Shown here: positions 1-12,036 of the stretch, in pieces
Layout of the letters: the number at the start of each line of letters is the position of its first letter
How positions within the stretch are numbered: position 1 is the first letter of the stretch
Origin: Octopus vulgaris
Lineage: Eukaryota
Length of the DNA stretch: 64,000 nt
Reading direction: 5' to 3'
Assembly (NCBI GenBank): GCA_951406725.2
Contig: OX597832.1
Coordinates: 59,086,001-59,150,000 of the forward strand
Notes under the pieces: model-generated
What the model was told of the DNA's origin: nothing
What the model saw: only the letters and a program-made list of their open reading frames with translations
The model's database searches: none
Program-made: the position numbers and the translations under genes

Positions 1-526
1 ATAGTTTAGTCTGCCTGGAGCAAAGTATAGAACCTTGGGGAGGGAATGCAAATCCTTCATTCTTAAGCTACAAATAATCACGATATCAGGGACTATAAAC
101 ATGTGCAAGACCTTCTTAAGATTTAAAGGGTGATGTTTAAATCTAGGTACTTTCCCTCACAACATTGCTACCAAGTCAGTGAGCGGTCAAAATAGATTCT
201 AAATTAGACAAACAGAAGACATGCATACATACACACATGCATACATGCATACATGCATACGTACATACATACATAGATACATACAGTTATTAACAAGGGG
301 TTATCAATCCAAGCAAAATGCTTCTTAAGTACTCTGTTAATACAGATATACGAGACTGACAAAAAGTGTTTCGATTGATATAGATCTCTAGATAATCCCA
401 AGGCGAGAGTCGACTGGTGATTGTCTTCGACTTCGGATCTCGGCCTAGGATTATATACGAATCTATACCAATAAAAAAAAACATACTTGTTAGCCTGGTG
501 TAGTTGTACATTTGTACACACTCACT

Positions 527-571
<45 letters not shown>

Positions 572-649
572 ATATACACACACGCATAAACACACGCATA
601 CACACACATATACATATACATATATAACCAGTCGCCATGATTGACCGCT

Positions 650-797
650 AATTCCACTAGTTATTTTATTCTCTTTCTGTTGAAGAGCGTAGGCTCGAAA
701 CGTAAAAGACTTTCTCACCTTCCCGAGCGTCAAACTAATACACCTGTTTGTTGTTTACACACCTCACTTCGTCATTTGTTTCTCTGTAAACTTCAAC

Positions 798-800
<3 letters not shown>
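650..800 (+). mobile_element. Penelope-type pLTR fragment (family P2) with degenerate hammerhead
   Basis: UCUUU-CUGUUGA-A-GAGC[GUAG]GCUC-GAAAC-GUA-AAAGA at 672-709. Homologous to 28370-28495 and 23930-24045. Confidence 0.6.
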
Positions 801-855
<55 letters not shown>

Positions 856-1204
856 CATATATATACATATATATATATATAAATATGAGTGTGTGTGTGT
901 GTGTGTATACATATATATATATATATATGTATGTATATATACAAAGAGAGAGAGAGTGGGATGAAGACTAGTGTGAATTCAGAATGATGTAACTAACGAC
1001 TTGACAAGATGGCTGAACGTCAAATTTGATATATATTGTTCGAAAGAATATTTGTTCTGCTTTTGGTTTACATGACAACGGGTTTTTACAGAGATCGTAT
1101 TGACTCTTTATGTTTTTTTAACTATAATATATGAGTCTTAGGCCGTAACTAAACACACACGACATAAAAGAAATCACATCATACAGTATGTTTCTGTTTA
1201 GTAA

Positions 1205-1642
1205 GAAGGCGAAAGCGTGGCTAATGAATAAGACATTTGCTTCCCAGGCACATGGTTATGGGTTCAGTCTCATTGCGTGCCATGTTAGGAGTGTATTCTA
1301 CTATTGCCTTAGGTACACCAAACCTTGTGAGTGAACTTTGTAGATGGAAAGAAAACTCGTCGTATATGTGTGTGTGTGTGTGCATCTATGTGTATGTATG
1401 TTTTTATCTGTGTGTGTGTATGTGTGTATGTGCGTGGGTCTATGTGTGCATGTGTTTGGGTTTGTCTATTACAACCTTACACAACCGCTGTCAGTTTGTT
1501 TACGTCCCCGTTCCACAAGGGCAAACAGAATCGATAGAACATATGCCAGGCTTAAGAATAAGAAAATACTTCGCTTAATTCGTTGCTTCACAACCGTCAT
1601 GGCAGTGCCTCAGTATGGCCGGAGTCCAGTCACTGAAACAAG

Positions 1643-1645
<3 letters not shown>
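1205..1645 (+). mobile_element. SINE family A copy
   Basis: Colinear with 3391-3730, diverged. Confidence 0.75.
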
Positions 1646-1726
<81 letters not shown>

Positions 1727-2047
1727 TCATATATAGCGGTCGATTTGTTCGACTAAAAGCCTTCACGGCTGTACCCCAGCATGGCCACAGTCCAACGACT
1801 AATACAAGTGAAAACTAAGCAATAAAATATGCGCATGACTTTGTTTCTGTGTTTCCTACCTGCAATCCACAACGCTTGGTAACCGCTGATGGTTTCCTTA
1901 TGTCCCCGTAACTGAGTTTTTTGGCAACAAGGAGCGAGAAATCGAATGCTTGACTCCAAAAATAAATACTGGAGTGGATTTGTTCGATGACAAACTCTTC
2001 AAGGCAGGGCCCCATTATAGCCGTTGCCCATCGACAGAAATAATAAA

Positions 2048-3009
2048 AATATTGTTTTCTACTTTAGGCAAAAGACCCGAAATTTTAAGATCGACCCCAG
2101 TCCGCAAATGGTACTTATCGACCTCGAAAGGATGAAAGGCAAAGTCAATCTCGGCGGAATTTGAACTGAGAACGTAGCGACAGACGAAATACCTATTTCT
2201 TTACTACCCACAAGGGGCTAAACTCAGAGAGGACAAACAAGGACAGACAAACGGATTAAGTCGATTATATCGACCCTAGTGCGTAACTGTTACTTAATTT
2301 ATCGACCCCGAAAGGACGAAAGGCAAAGTCGACCTCGGCGGAATTTGATCTCAGAACGTAGCGGCATACGAAATACCGGTGAGCATTTCGCCCGGCGTGC
2401 TAAAGTTTCTGACAGGTCGCCGCCTTTAAATAATCTTTCCTGCTCTAGGCACAAGGCCAGAAATTTTGTGGGACGGGAGCTAGACGATTAGATCGACCCC
2501 AGTGCGCAACTGGTACTTAATTTATCAACCCCGAGAGGATGAAAGGCAAAGTCTCCCTTGGCAGAATTTGAACTCAGAACGTAAAAACAGACGAAATGCC
2601 GCTAAGCATTTCGCCCGGCATGTTAACGTTTCAACCAGCTCGCCGCCATATTAAGTATAGTATAATACAATATATCTTGCTTTATATACGAACAATCATA
2701 GCTTTTGAGACAGTTGAACGATATATGTCATTGTATCAAATCCAGCACGGTTTATCTAACATCTGAAGGAACTGCACCTTCTCATATAACAATTATAATA
2801 GGCACAAGGCCCGAAATTTTTTTGGTGGGGGCGGCGGGAGCTAGTCGATTAGATCGACCCCAGTGCGCAAATGTTACTTAATTTATCAACCCCGAGAGGA
2901 TGAAAGGCAAAGTCACCCTTGGCAGAATTTGAACTCAGAACGTAAAAACAGACGAAATGCCGCTAAGCATTTCGCCCGGCATGTTAACGTTTCAACCAGC
3001 TCGCCGCCA
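2048..3009 (-). mobile_element. Stack of four SINE family B units (tRNA head, Deu/Nin-like core)
   Basis: GGCGGCGAGCTGG..GAGTTCAAATTC (B box)..GTCGACTTTGCCTTTCATCCTTTCGGGGTCGATAAATTAAGTACCAG. The core resembles the Deu/Nin SINE domain (from recall). Confidence 0.85.
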
Positions 3010-3162
3010 TATTAAGTATAGTATAATACAATATATCTTGCTTTATATACGAACAATCATAGCTTTTGAGACAGTTGAACGATATACGTCATTGTATCAA
3101 ATCCAGCACGGTTTATCTAACATCTGAAGGAAATGCACCTTCTCATATAACAATTATAATAG
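2446..3162. repeat. Recent ~359-bp tandem duplication (SINE plus unique flank)
   Basis: 2446-2798 is nearly identical to 2799-3162, including ~150 bp of non-SINE sequence. Confidence 0.9.
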
Positions 3163-3390
3163 ACATTTAACTGTTGGCCATGATTTATGTGTCGTTTTCC
3201 GATCATTTAATTCTAATGACGGTGGATATAGACATTTTAACAGCACAGTACAGTATTATTTACCGTAGATCTTTACTTGGGCATAAAGTTTCCTTCATAG
3301 CTATGATAAATCAAATTTGGATATAAACTCTGGGAGAAATAACACTTCGTTTCTTTATCTTTATGACTAATAGATTTGAGTGGATTTGGT

Positions 3391-3556
3391 AGGCGCAGGA
3401 GCAGCGGTGTGGTAAGAAGCTTGCTTCCCAACCACATGGTTGCGGGTTCAGTTCCACTGCGCGGGATCTTCGGCAAGTGTCTTTTGCTATATCCTCATGC
3501 CGTTCAAAGCCTTGTGAGTGGATTTGGTAAACGGAAACTGAAAGAAGCCCGTCGGG

Positions 3557-3587
<31 letters not shown>

Positions 3588-3730
3588 TTGTGTGCCTGTG
3601 TTTGCACACACCCTCCACCATCACTTGACAACCGATGTTGGTGTGTTTACGTCCCTGTAACTTAGCAGTTCGGCAAAAGCGCCCTGGGGTCGAAGTCAAA
3701 TGACGGAAATAAGTAAAAGAATAAAAGAAT
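3391..3730 (+). mobile_element. tRNA-derived SINE family A (CORE-like domain, internal microsatellite)
   Basis: GGCGCAGGAG..GTGTGGTAAG (A box), GGTTCAGTTCC (B box), CTT.GGCAAGTGTCTT core, internal (TA)n(TG)n and (AAAAGAAT) tail. There are about 18 full or partial copies in the window. Confidence 0.85.
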
Positions 3731-4694
3731 CATACTAAACAGAAAGAAGCCCGAAAATATGTATATGTGTGGGGTCTGTGTATATGTTTGTGTGTGTGTG
3801 TACGACAGTGTGTTACGTCCCCGTTAAATAGCGGTTCGGCAAAAAGATACTGATACAATAACTAGCTGGCCTAAATAGAACTACTGCGGTCGATTCGTTT
3901 CGCTAAAATTTTTCAAGCTGTGCTCCAGTATGGCCGCAGTTAGATGACTGCAACAAATAAAAGAATAAACCAATCTACACGATCTCTAAGTTATTCGACA
4001 CGAACCGGCGCCGTGCTGTTTATTTTTTGTATTAAAAAAGTCAATTCCCGTCTCTTCTGTCTCTTATAATTATCAACTAATGCTTTTACGTTCATAAATT
4101 CACACGATCAAATTAATTTTCTCTTTTTTCTCATTAATAATTCTCATCAATATATGTAATACGCTGTTTGCCATCAATATATTATTTACTTCGCTATACG
4201 TATTTGCACTTGATGTACTATTAATTACCTTACTTCCATGTTCCTCTCTATTCCACTATTATCTTTTTAGATTCAACTGAGAGGTACCGTATTCATTGTC
4301 AGCCTGTTTATACGACAAGCATTTATCCCTTGTTTTAAACAGAACCAAAAGTAACAGAAGAAACGAACAGAAACGATTTGAAGTTACAGATTTAGACTTC
4401 AGGAGTCCGACGTGTGTTGGAGCCGCTTAATTATCTACAAACGAAATATAGTTCTTCATGAACTTTTGCTGTGAAAGTGAAGAGTAAGGCTTAATGTGTG
4501 CATTTGTAGCTTTTGTTTGGAATGTGTCAAATCTGTTGTAAATGCGAATATTTTGCATAAACTAAATCTGCTTTCCCTTGACAATCTTCAGAAAATGTAT
4601 GTAACCTGTTTGTAAGATCGTGAACCCAGGTGTAAATATGCATATATATACTTGTAGTTTTTAAGATACATACATGTACGGCATTTCTCTCTTT

Positions 4695-5050
4695 TTTTCT
4701 CTCTTTTATTTGTTTCAGTCATTTGACTGCGGCCATGCTGGAGCACCGCCTTTATTCGAGCAACTCGACCCCGGGACTTATTCTTTTGTAAGCCCAGTAC
4801 TTATTCTATCGGTCTCTTTTGCCGAACCGCTAGTTAACGGGGACATAAACACACCAGCATCGGTTGTCAAGCAATGCTAGGGGGGACAAACACACACGCA
4901 TATATGTACATATATACGACGAGCTTCTTTCAGTTTCTGTCTACCAAATCCACTCACAAGGCTTTGATCGGCCCGAGGCTATAGTAGAAGACACCTGCCG
5001 AAGGTACCACGCAGTGGGATTGAACCCGGAACCATGTGGTTGGTAAACAA
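4695..5050 (-). mobile_element. SINE family A copy
   Basis: Well-preserved body and tail on the minus strand. Confidence 0.85.
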
Positions 5051-5198
5051 GGGATTTGTGGAATAATGAAAAGCATTTATGGTATAATGTGGAAAAACGA
5101 GTGACTCACTGACTACAACATACTCTACTTATTAAGAGCAATCAAAACCGTGTAATATTTGGGGAGTGACAAAATACGCAATTGTTTAATTTTTCTAT

Positions 5199-5514
5199 TA
5201 GTCACTTCCTCGTCACCGGAATAATGCTTGCCTCTCAAACTCTCTTTCACGGGGCCGAAGAGATGATAGTCCAGTGACGAGGAAATGAAAACTATAGTGA
5301 AGAAGTGGCTCAAAGAATAGTCAACAGAATTTTACGACGCAGGGATACATGCTCTCATTCGATGGTGGAACATTGCTATTGAGAGAAACAGTGACTACGT
5401 TGAGAAGTAGGGATGTGATCCACAAGGGTCATTTTGATGTATGATACACATTCCTGTGTTGGTAATTATACCTGTCCTAAACAAAATGGCATTACTTTTT
5501 GACTCACCCTCGTA
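5199..5514 (+). mobile_element. Mariner 3' fragment with internal inversion
   Basis: Plus strand: SDEEMKTIVKKWLKE..FYDAGIHALIRWW..DYVEK* followed by TIR TTACTTTTTGACTCACCCTCG|TA. Minus strand 5199-5271: DYHLFGPVKESLRGKHYSGDEEV. Confidence 0.85.
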
Positions 5515-6178
5515 TATATATATATATACATACACACACACACACACACAGACACACGAACACACACACACATATATAAATACGTATATATAAATTACAT
5601 TCTATTTTTACTAATTGAAACCTTTTACTGGTTTCATTGATTGAACTATAGTTATTTGTGGCTTTACCTATCAAGGGTTTTAGTTGAATCATGTTTAAAT
5701 TTCAGATTGGTATTTATTTTATCGATCTATAAATCATGAAGTTTGGGATGTAAATAAACACACCACTGTATTCCGGTTTACATCGGGCCTCCAGCGAAAT
5801 CTTCCACAAGAAATTTTCTTAGCTTTAGGACAACTGTAAGTTATTTTTCTCCAAAATAATGCACGGAGGAAAACACCAAGGCCCACATATTTGCGATCTA
5901 ATCCCTCTATTATATACCTGTATTTGTTCATATCTCTAGATTTCTCTACGATTAATCTAGAAGATTCGCAACATTGCTATTTGGACTCCATATTCTTGTT
6001 TTAGAGGAAGTGTTTGAGCAATTTACCGAGATATAATGGATAAATCTCTGTAAAATCTGCCTATTTATTCTCACATGTAGAGGAAAGGTGATGAACTAGA
6101 TGAAACAAAGACACAAATACAGATATATAGATATATATATATACTTATATATATATGTGTATGTGTACGTGTATGTGT

Positions 6179-6217
<39 letters not shown>

Positions 6218-6807
6218 CGTAAATTACTCGCTTTTAGTTTTCCTCTGCGATGTCGACACACAAGGCTTCGGTCGCTCCAAGGAAAGAGCAGACGACACTT
6301 TGTCAAAGTGTCACCGAATGGGATTGAACACGGAACCATTTGGTTGGGAAGTATGCTTCTTAGGAAGGCAGCTACGAATTTCGGACACAATAGTGCATCA
6401 CATGCTGAAATATTAAAACGCGATATACCATTTGTACCCACGATTCTCATTAAGTAGACACAAAATTGAGATTCAGCAAACACAAATTAGTAGGTTCATA
6501 TGTCATAGCAAACAGCTATAAAGAAAACGTTACTACATTACATTTATTTAAAATATATAGAACAGTGCAGCTATATACAAACGGAGTGAAAAAAAAGAAA
6601 AAAAATTATTTTAGTTATTACATATTGATAACATCGTATTGCTAAGAAGAAAATTAGAATGTATTTGAATATCCATATTTATTCATTTGTGATAAACAGT
6701 GAAATGACACTCGAGAACTGTGCAAAAACATAAGGTCTAAGTTTTAAGTAATCATACAAGGTACTTATGCGTGTGTGTGTGTTTGTATATATATATATAT
6801 ATATATA

Positions 6808-7174
6808 TCGGAAGGTTTGGAGATGATGTACAGGTATTATATATTAGAAAAATTGAGGTAATCAGATCAGATGGTTCATATTTGTAGATATTTATTTATA
6901 TATTACATTTTTTACTATATATCATATCATTCGGATTAGCTTGCTCCCATTCTAGTGGGTTTCAAATCAAATCAGTTGTGGTAGTTTGAACCTTTTTATA
7001 GTTTCGTAGTAGTACTACGAAACTATAAAAAGGTTCAAACTACCCACAACTGATTTGATTTGAAAACCCACTAGAATGGGAGCAAGCGCTAATCCGAATG
7101 ATATGATATATATGTAAAAATGTAATATATAAATAAATATCTACAAATATGAACCATCTGATCTGATTATCAAT

Positions 7175-7188
<14 letters not shown>
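6808..7188. repeat. Fold-back element: ~175-bp inverted arms, 1-nt spacer, in (TA)n
   Basis: 6838-7011 is the near-perfect reverse complement of 7013-7188 (centre TTTCGTAGTA-G-TACTACGAAA). Confidence 0.9.
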
Positions 7189-7210
<22 letters not shown>

Positions 7211-7288
7211 CTTACAAATGCAGATTTGCACCTACATACATGCATATATATAGTCACACACATGCACACAGACACGCGCGAATTTATG

Positions 7289-7328
<40 letters not shown>

Positions 7329-7432
7329 GGAGAAAGATACGTAGATGCATAGATATTTATATACACATATACACAAAGAAATATATTCATGTATATATGT
7401 TAACAAAACCAAGATATATTTCAACATATATA

Positions 7433-7464
<32 letters not shown>

Positions 7465-7474
7465 CATGTACATA

Positions 7475-7523
<49 letters not shown>

Positions 7524-8084
7524 ATATATATATATTGGTCCCAAGTTTGTATATGCATATATTTTTTTATGATCATGTGTTAGTGCGTGAGTGTATTTCA
7601 CCACACGTTCACACACACATACTTACGCAATTACACATACACACACATACGATGCCACACACTCACACATATACACACACATATGGCAGCAGATAATTTT
7701 CACAATTGCAAATTGAGCTTCAGTTTACTTAATATATCGTTATATTGTAGGCGCCAAATTTCCATTTTGTTTTGTGTTACAAATAATATATAAATAAGAA
7801 AAAAAAAATGAAATTTACTAAACAAATAAAAGAAAACATATTTACTGATAGAATCAAAATGCAACAGATTATCGACTCTGATAAACCGCATGCTGCCCAT
7901 CTTCAAGTTGAGAAACAAAGCCACTAATATATTTTATTAGATTTCTTCAACATATTATTATGGTCTATGTTCTTTTTTATTAAACAACTTAACCAATGAT
8001 CAAATTAGGTTATCCATTTCCTTTTCTAGCACCCTAGTGATCGTTGTACGTGGTGAAGTTGTTTCTCTCTCTTCACTTCTCTCT

Positions 8085-8086
8085 CA

Positions 8087-8147
<61 letters not shown>

Positions 8148-8196
8148 TCTCCTTCTCGCTTTCACTTACTATCAATTTATCTATATCTCTGTCTGC

Positions 8197-8260
<64 letters not shown>

Positions 8261-8295
8261 ATATCTGTCTATCTATCTATCTATCTATCTATCTG

Positions 8296-8358
<63 letters not shown>

Positions 8359-8360
8359 GT
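8085..8360. repeat. Compound (CTGT)/(CT)/(TCTA)n microsatellite
   Basis: Read directly. Confidence 0.95.
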
Positions 8361-9188
8361 TTGTCTCTTTGCTTATATATATATATTGGCATATATGGAG
8401 AGCACAAGTGTATTCCCATGCAGGAAAAATATAGGAGAATTTGTTTAAGGGTTTGGAATGTACCTGTATAAAAAATTAGTAATAGATTTATTTAAATACC
8501 AAACCGGTTTTGACAATTTTTATTTATCAATGCTACAAATATACATAATATACATAAACGAACAGTCTAAATCTGCGACATATATGCTGCATATATATAC
8601 ATAAACATACATAGCATGGCTTAGTGGATCTAGAGCACGTGTTTTCCATTCCCGGACCGAGCAGGGCGTTGGTTTTTTTGAGGAAGCTTATTATATTTAT
8701 ATTACTATCAATCAAAGTAACGTACTCGGACATGGATACAGGATATATAGCTGCGAGGATGTAAACAAACAAACACTATTTGTCAAATGGTGGTTATGAA
8801 CAAGCACATGGATATGTATATATATGTGTGTATGTGTGCGTGTGTGTATGTACCTGTGTGCGTGTGTGTATGTATTTGTGTGCGCGTGTATATGTATGTA
8901 TGTGTGTTTATATGAGTGAGTCTGTATATGTATATGTGTGTGTAGGTGTGGATGTATATGTATGTATGTGTGTATATATGTATGTATGTGTGTATGAGAT
9001 CGTGTGGGTGTGAGGGTATATGTATGTATGTGTATATGAGTGTGCCAGTATATGTATGTTTGTATGTGTGTGTATATATATGTGTGTGTGTGTAAGTGGG
9101 TGTGTAGGTGTATATGTATGTGTATATGAGTGTTTCTGTATATGTATGTTTGTATGTGTGTGTGTATCTATCTATCTATATCTATAAA

Positions 9189-9228
<40 letters not shown>

Positions 9229-10214
9229 CTGTGTGTGTGTTTGTGTGTGTGTGTGTGTATGTGTGTATGTATGCATGTGTGTGTACACGTAATGAACCAG
9301 CCGACATAGAGTTGATTCAACATAAAATCACGCAAATTCGATAAAACAAATACAGCTTTGTGAACAGTCTATAAACACAATAAAGTTTTTCAATTATTAA
9401 GCGGGAAATTTCGAAACCGGTTTCTTCTATGTTTACGCATTTGTCCTAATTTACCTTTTCGACAACGACCCCTTAAGAAGCCATACTCGTTAAAAAATTT
9501 ATACATTTTACAACAAGGGATTTCCTTGGTCATATGTATTCATTTGTTAGACCTTTTGAATTAATAATCTTGAAATTAACGTTATTCTACAGACTGAGTA
9601 TTCCCGTAGAGGCGAGTAAAAAAAATTGGCATTCCATCGGTTACGACAACGTGTGTTCCTGTTAATCAAATCAATGGAACAGCCTGCTCGTGAAATTAAT
9701 ATGCAAGTGGCCGAGCACTCTTCAGACAAGCGTATTCTTAATGTAGTTCTCAGGCACAATCAGCGTGACTTAGAATGAAACTACAAGGTTGGCCATTTGA
9801 ATTACAAGTAGAGCTCAGTTTTGCCAGCTGAAATGCCTGCAGCAATGTGAAAAAATGCGCGTTGCTAAAGGATACAATGCATTGCTGAGAATTGACCCCA
9901 CGTTTTGATGATCGCCAGCCGATCGAAACACAGACGTGTATTCTTCAGGCAACTCTTATACTGAACCAGTGTGATATAATTTGATAAGATAGGAATTCTG
10001 AAGACTGGCATAATCCAGCAATGGATGAAAAGGACAAGACGCAATTACCCGTATATTTTGGTTTGAAATTTGACACAAGGCCAGCAATTTCGGAGGAGGG
10101 CCTAAGTCAATCAAGTCGACCTCAGTGCTTGGCTTTTACTTGCTCTATCGATTCCGAAAAGGGATGAACTCGAAGTCAACTCCGGTGGCATATGAATCCT
10201 GAATGTAAAGACAA

Positions 10215-10554
10215 ACAAAATGCTGCTAAGAATCTTGTCCGGCATGCTAAAGATTCTACCTGCTAGCCGCCTCATTTTACTTGTACATGAACCCCGAAAG
10301 GATTAAGAGCAAAGCTGACTCTAATCCAATATGAACTAAGGATACTCATTGCGTCACGAATACCACTATGCACTTTATCTGACAAATGAAAAGTTGCTAA
10401 GCATTTTGCCCGGCGTGCTAATGGTTCTGCCTCCTCGTCGCCTCATTTTCCTTGTATGTGGGCCCCGAAAGAATTATAAGCAAAGCTAACCCTAATCCAG
10501 TTTGAACTAAGGATGCACATTGCCGTCGCGAATACTACTATGCACTTTATCTGA
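10215..10554. repeat. Older ~170-bp tandem duplication
   Basis: Two diverged units, both ending ACTATGCACTTTATCTGA. Confidence 0.75.
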
Positions 10555-10847
10555 AGCTTTAATGATTTAAATATTAATTGGTATTTGCAACCATAATTGG
10601 TTGCGAATATTTTGACGATAATTATAATCGATCAGGTCTGGGCTGGGACAAAACAACAACGATAGCAATAACTGTGGGGAAGGCATGACAAATTATGATT
10701 TAAGATACCATATTCAAGTGTTATTGGAGAATGTGCCGCAGTTTGAATGTCAGCAGCATAACAACTATTAGAAGAAATAATTGCCAGGATTATTAAGATT
10801 AAGCCTTGCGTTAATTAATAGTAACTACAATATGAAAGTGGAAGCAA

Positions 10848-11062
10848 TGCGGCGAGATGGGGGAATCGTTAGGACGCCGAGTGAAATGCTTAGCAGTATT
10901 TCGTCAGTCTTTATGCTCTGAGTTCAAATTCCGCTGAGGTCGACTTTGCCTTTCATCCTTTCGGAGTTGGTAAATTACGTACGAGTTGCGTACTGGAGTC
11001 GATCTAATCGACTGGCCCCCTCCCGCAAAATTTCGGGCCTTGTGTCTAGAGTAGAAAAGAAT
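10848..11062 (+). mobile_element. SINE family B, full length
   Basis: Head, core and tail TTTCGGGCCTTGTGTCTAGAGTAGAAAAGA are all present. Confidence 0.85.
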
Positions 11063-11067
11063 ATAAA

Positions 11068-11340
11068 AGTGGAAGCACCTGGCCTAGTGATTAGAGCAGT
11101 GGACTCGCAGTGGATGGATCGCGGGTTCGAATCTCAGACCGGGCGATGTGTGAGTTTATTAGCGAAGCACCTAAGCTCCACGCGGCTCCGACAGAAGATA
11201 ATGGCGAACTTCTGCTGACTCCCTCGCCACAACTTTCTCTCACTCTTTCACCTCGTCCAGGCAGGGAACCTATGCGCCAATGACACTGGGAAACCGACCC
11301 TTATGAGCCAAGTATAGCTCGAGAAGGAACAAACAACAAC
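11068..11340 (+). mobile_element. SINE family C variant
   Basis: Same head and body as 58211 and 18310, with a different tail ending (AAC)n. Confidence 0.75.
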
Positions 11341-11743
11341 ACTATATGAAATCTTAATGGACAGTTTGGAATAGATTTGCTGGCTCTGCAAGAAAATTTG
11401 ATCTGAAGGGAAAAGATGACGAGATTTCTTTTATTGTACTTTTAAAATGTCTTATAGGAACAACGGTTGTTGACTTCGTTGTCAATAGTGAATATTTGAT
11501 CGAGTGGCAATTTATTGGTACAAATTGCTTCTGGATTCTAACACATCGGCTGATCTTTGTTCGTGCATAATTAACACGTAATGCTTGGCACTTAGCTATA
11601 TGCATGAAAATATTATTAAGAGTACACAAATACAGTCACACAATCACACATATATAAATAGATGCAAACATGCATACATATTTCAGGTCTTGCGCTTACA
11701 AGAGAAAGGATTTATAAAGGCAGAATTGTTAGCACATCGAACA

Positions 11744-12036
11744 ACATCGACGGATATTTGTACTCATCTTGTTTGTTGTTAACACAACGTTTCGGCTGAT
11801 ATACCCTCCAGCCTTCTTCAGGTGTCTTGAGAAAATTTCAAACCTGGATTCTCATTCCTAAGTGCATTCGATGTTGTTATTATTATTATTGTTGTTATTA
11901 TTGTTATTATTATTGTTATTATTATTATCATTACTATTGTTCAGGTCACTGCTTGGAATCGAACTCGGAATCTTGGTGTTAGTAGCCCGCGTTCTTCACT
12001 AATACGCTATATGCCCGTGGGCATATGGCATAGTGG
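11744..12036 (-). mobile_element. tRNA-headed short retroelement carrying a minimal hammerhead ribozyme (SINE/retrozyme-like), copy 1
   Basis: The minus strand reads a tRNA-like head GGGCATATAGCGTATTAG..GCGGG-CTACTAA-CACC..GAGTTCGATTCC (B box), an (AAT)n spacer, then a hammerhead. The head is duplicated in inverted orientation at 12019-12036. The element is nested in a family-B SINE, and a homologous copy lies at 51075-51322. Confidence 0.75.
11782..11825 (-). ncRNA. Minimal type I hammerhead ribozyme motif, intact core
   Basis: ACAC-CUGAAGA-A-GGCUG[GAGGGUAUAU]CAGCC-GAAAC-GUU-GUGU: stem I 4 bp, stem II 5 bp, helix III reduced to the palindrome AACGUU. Confidence 0.8.
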
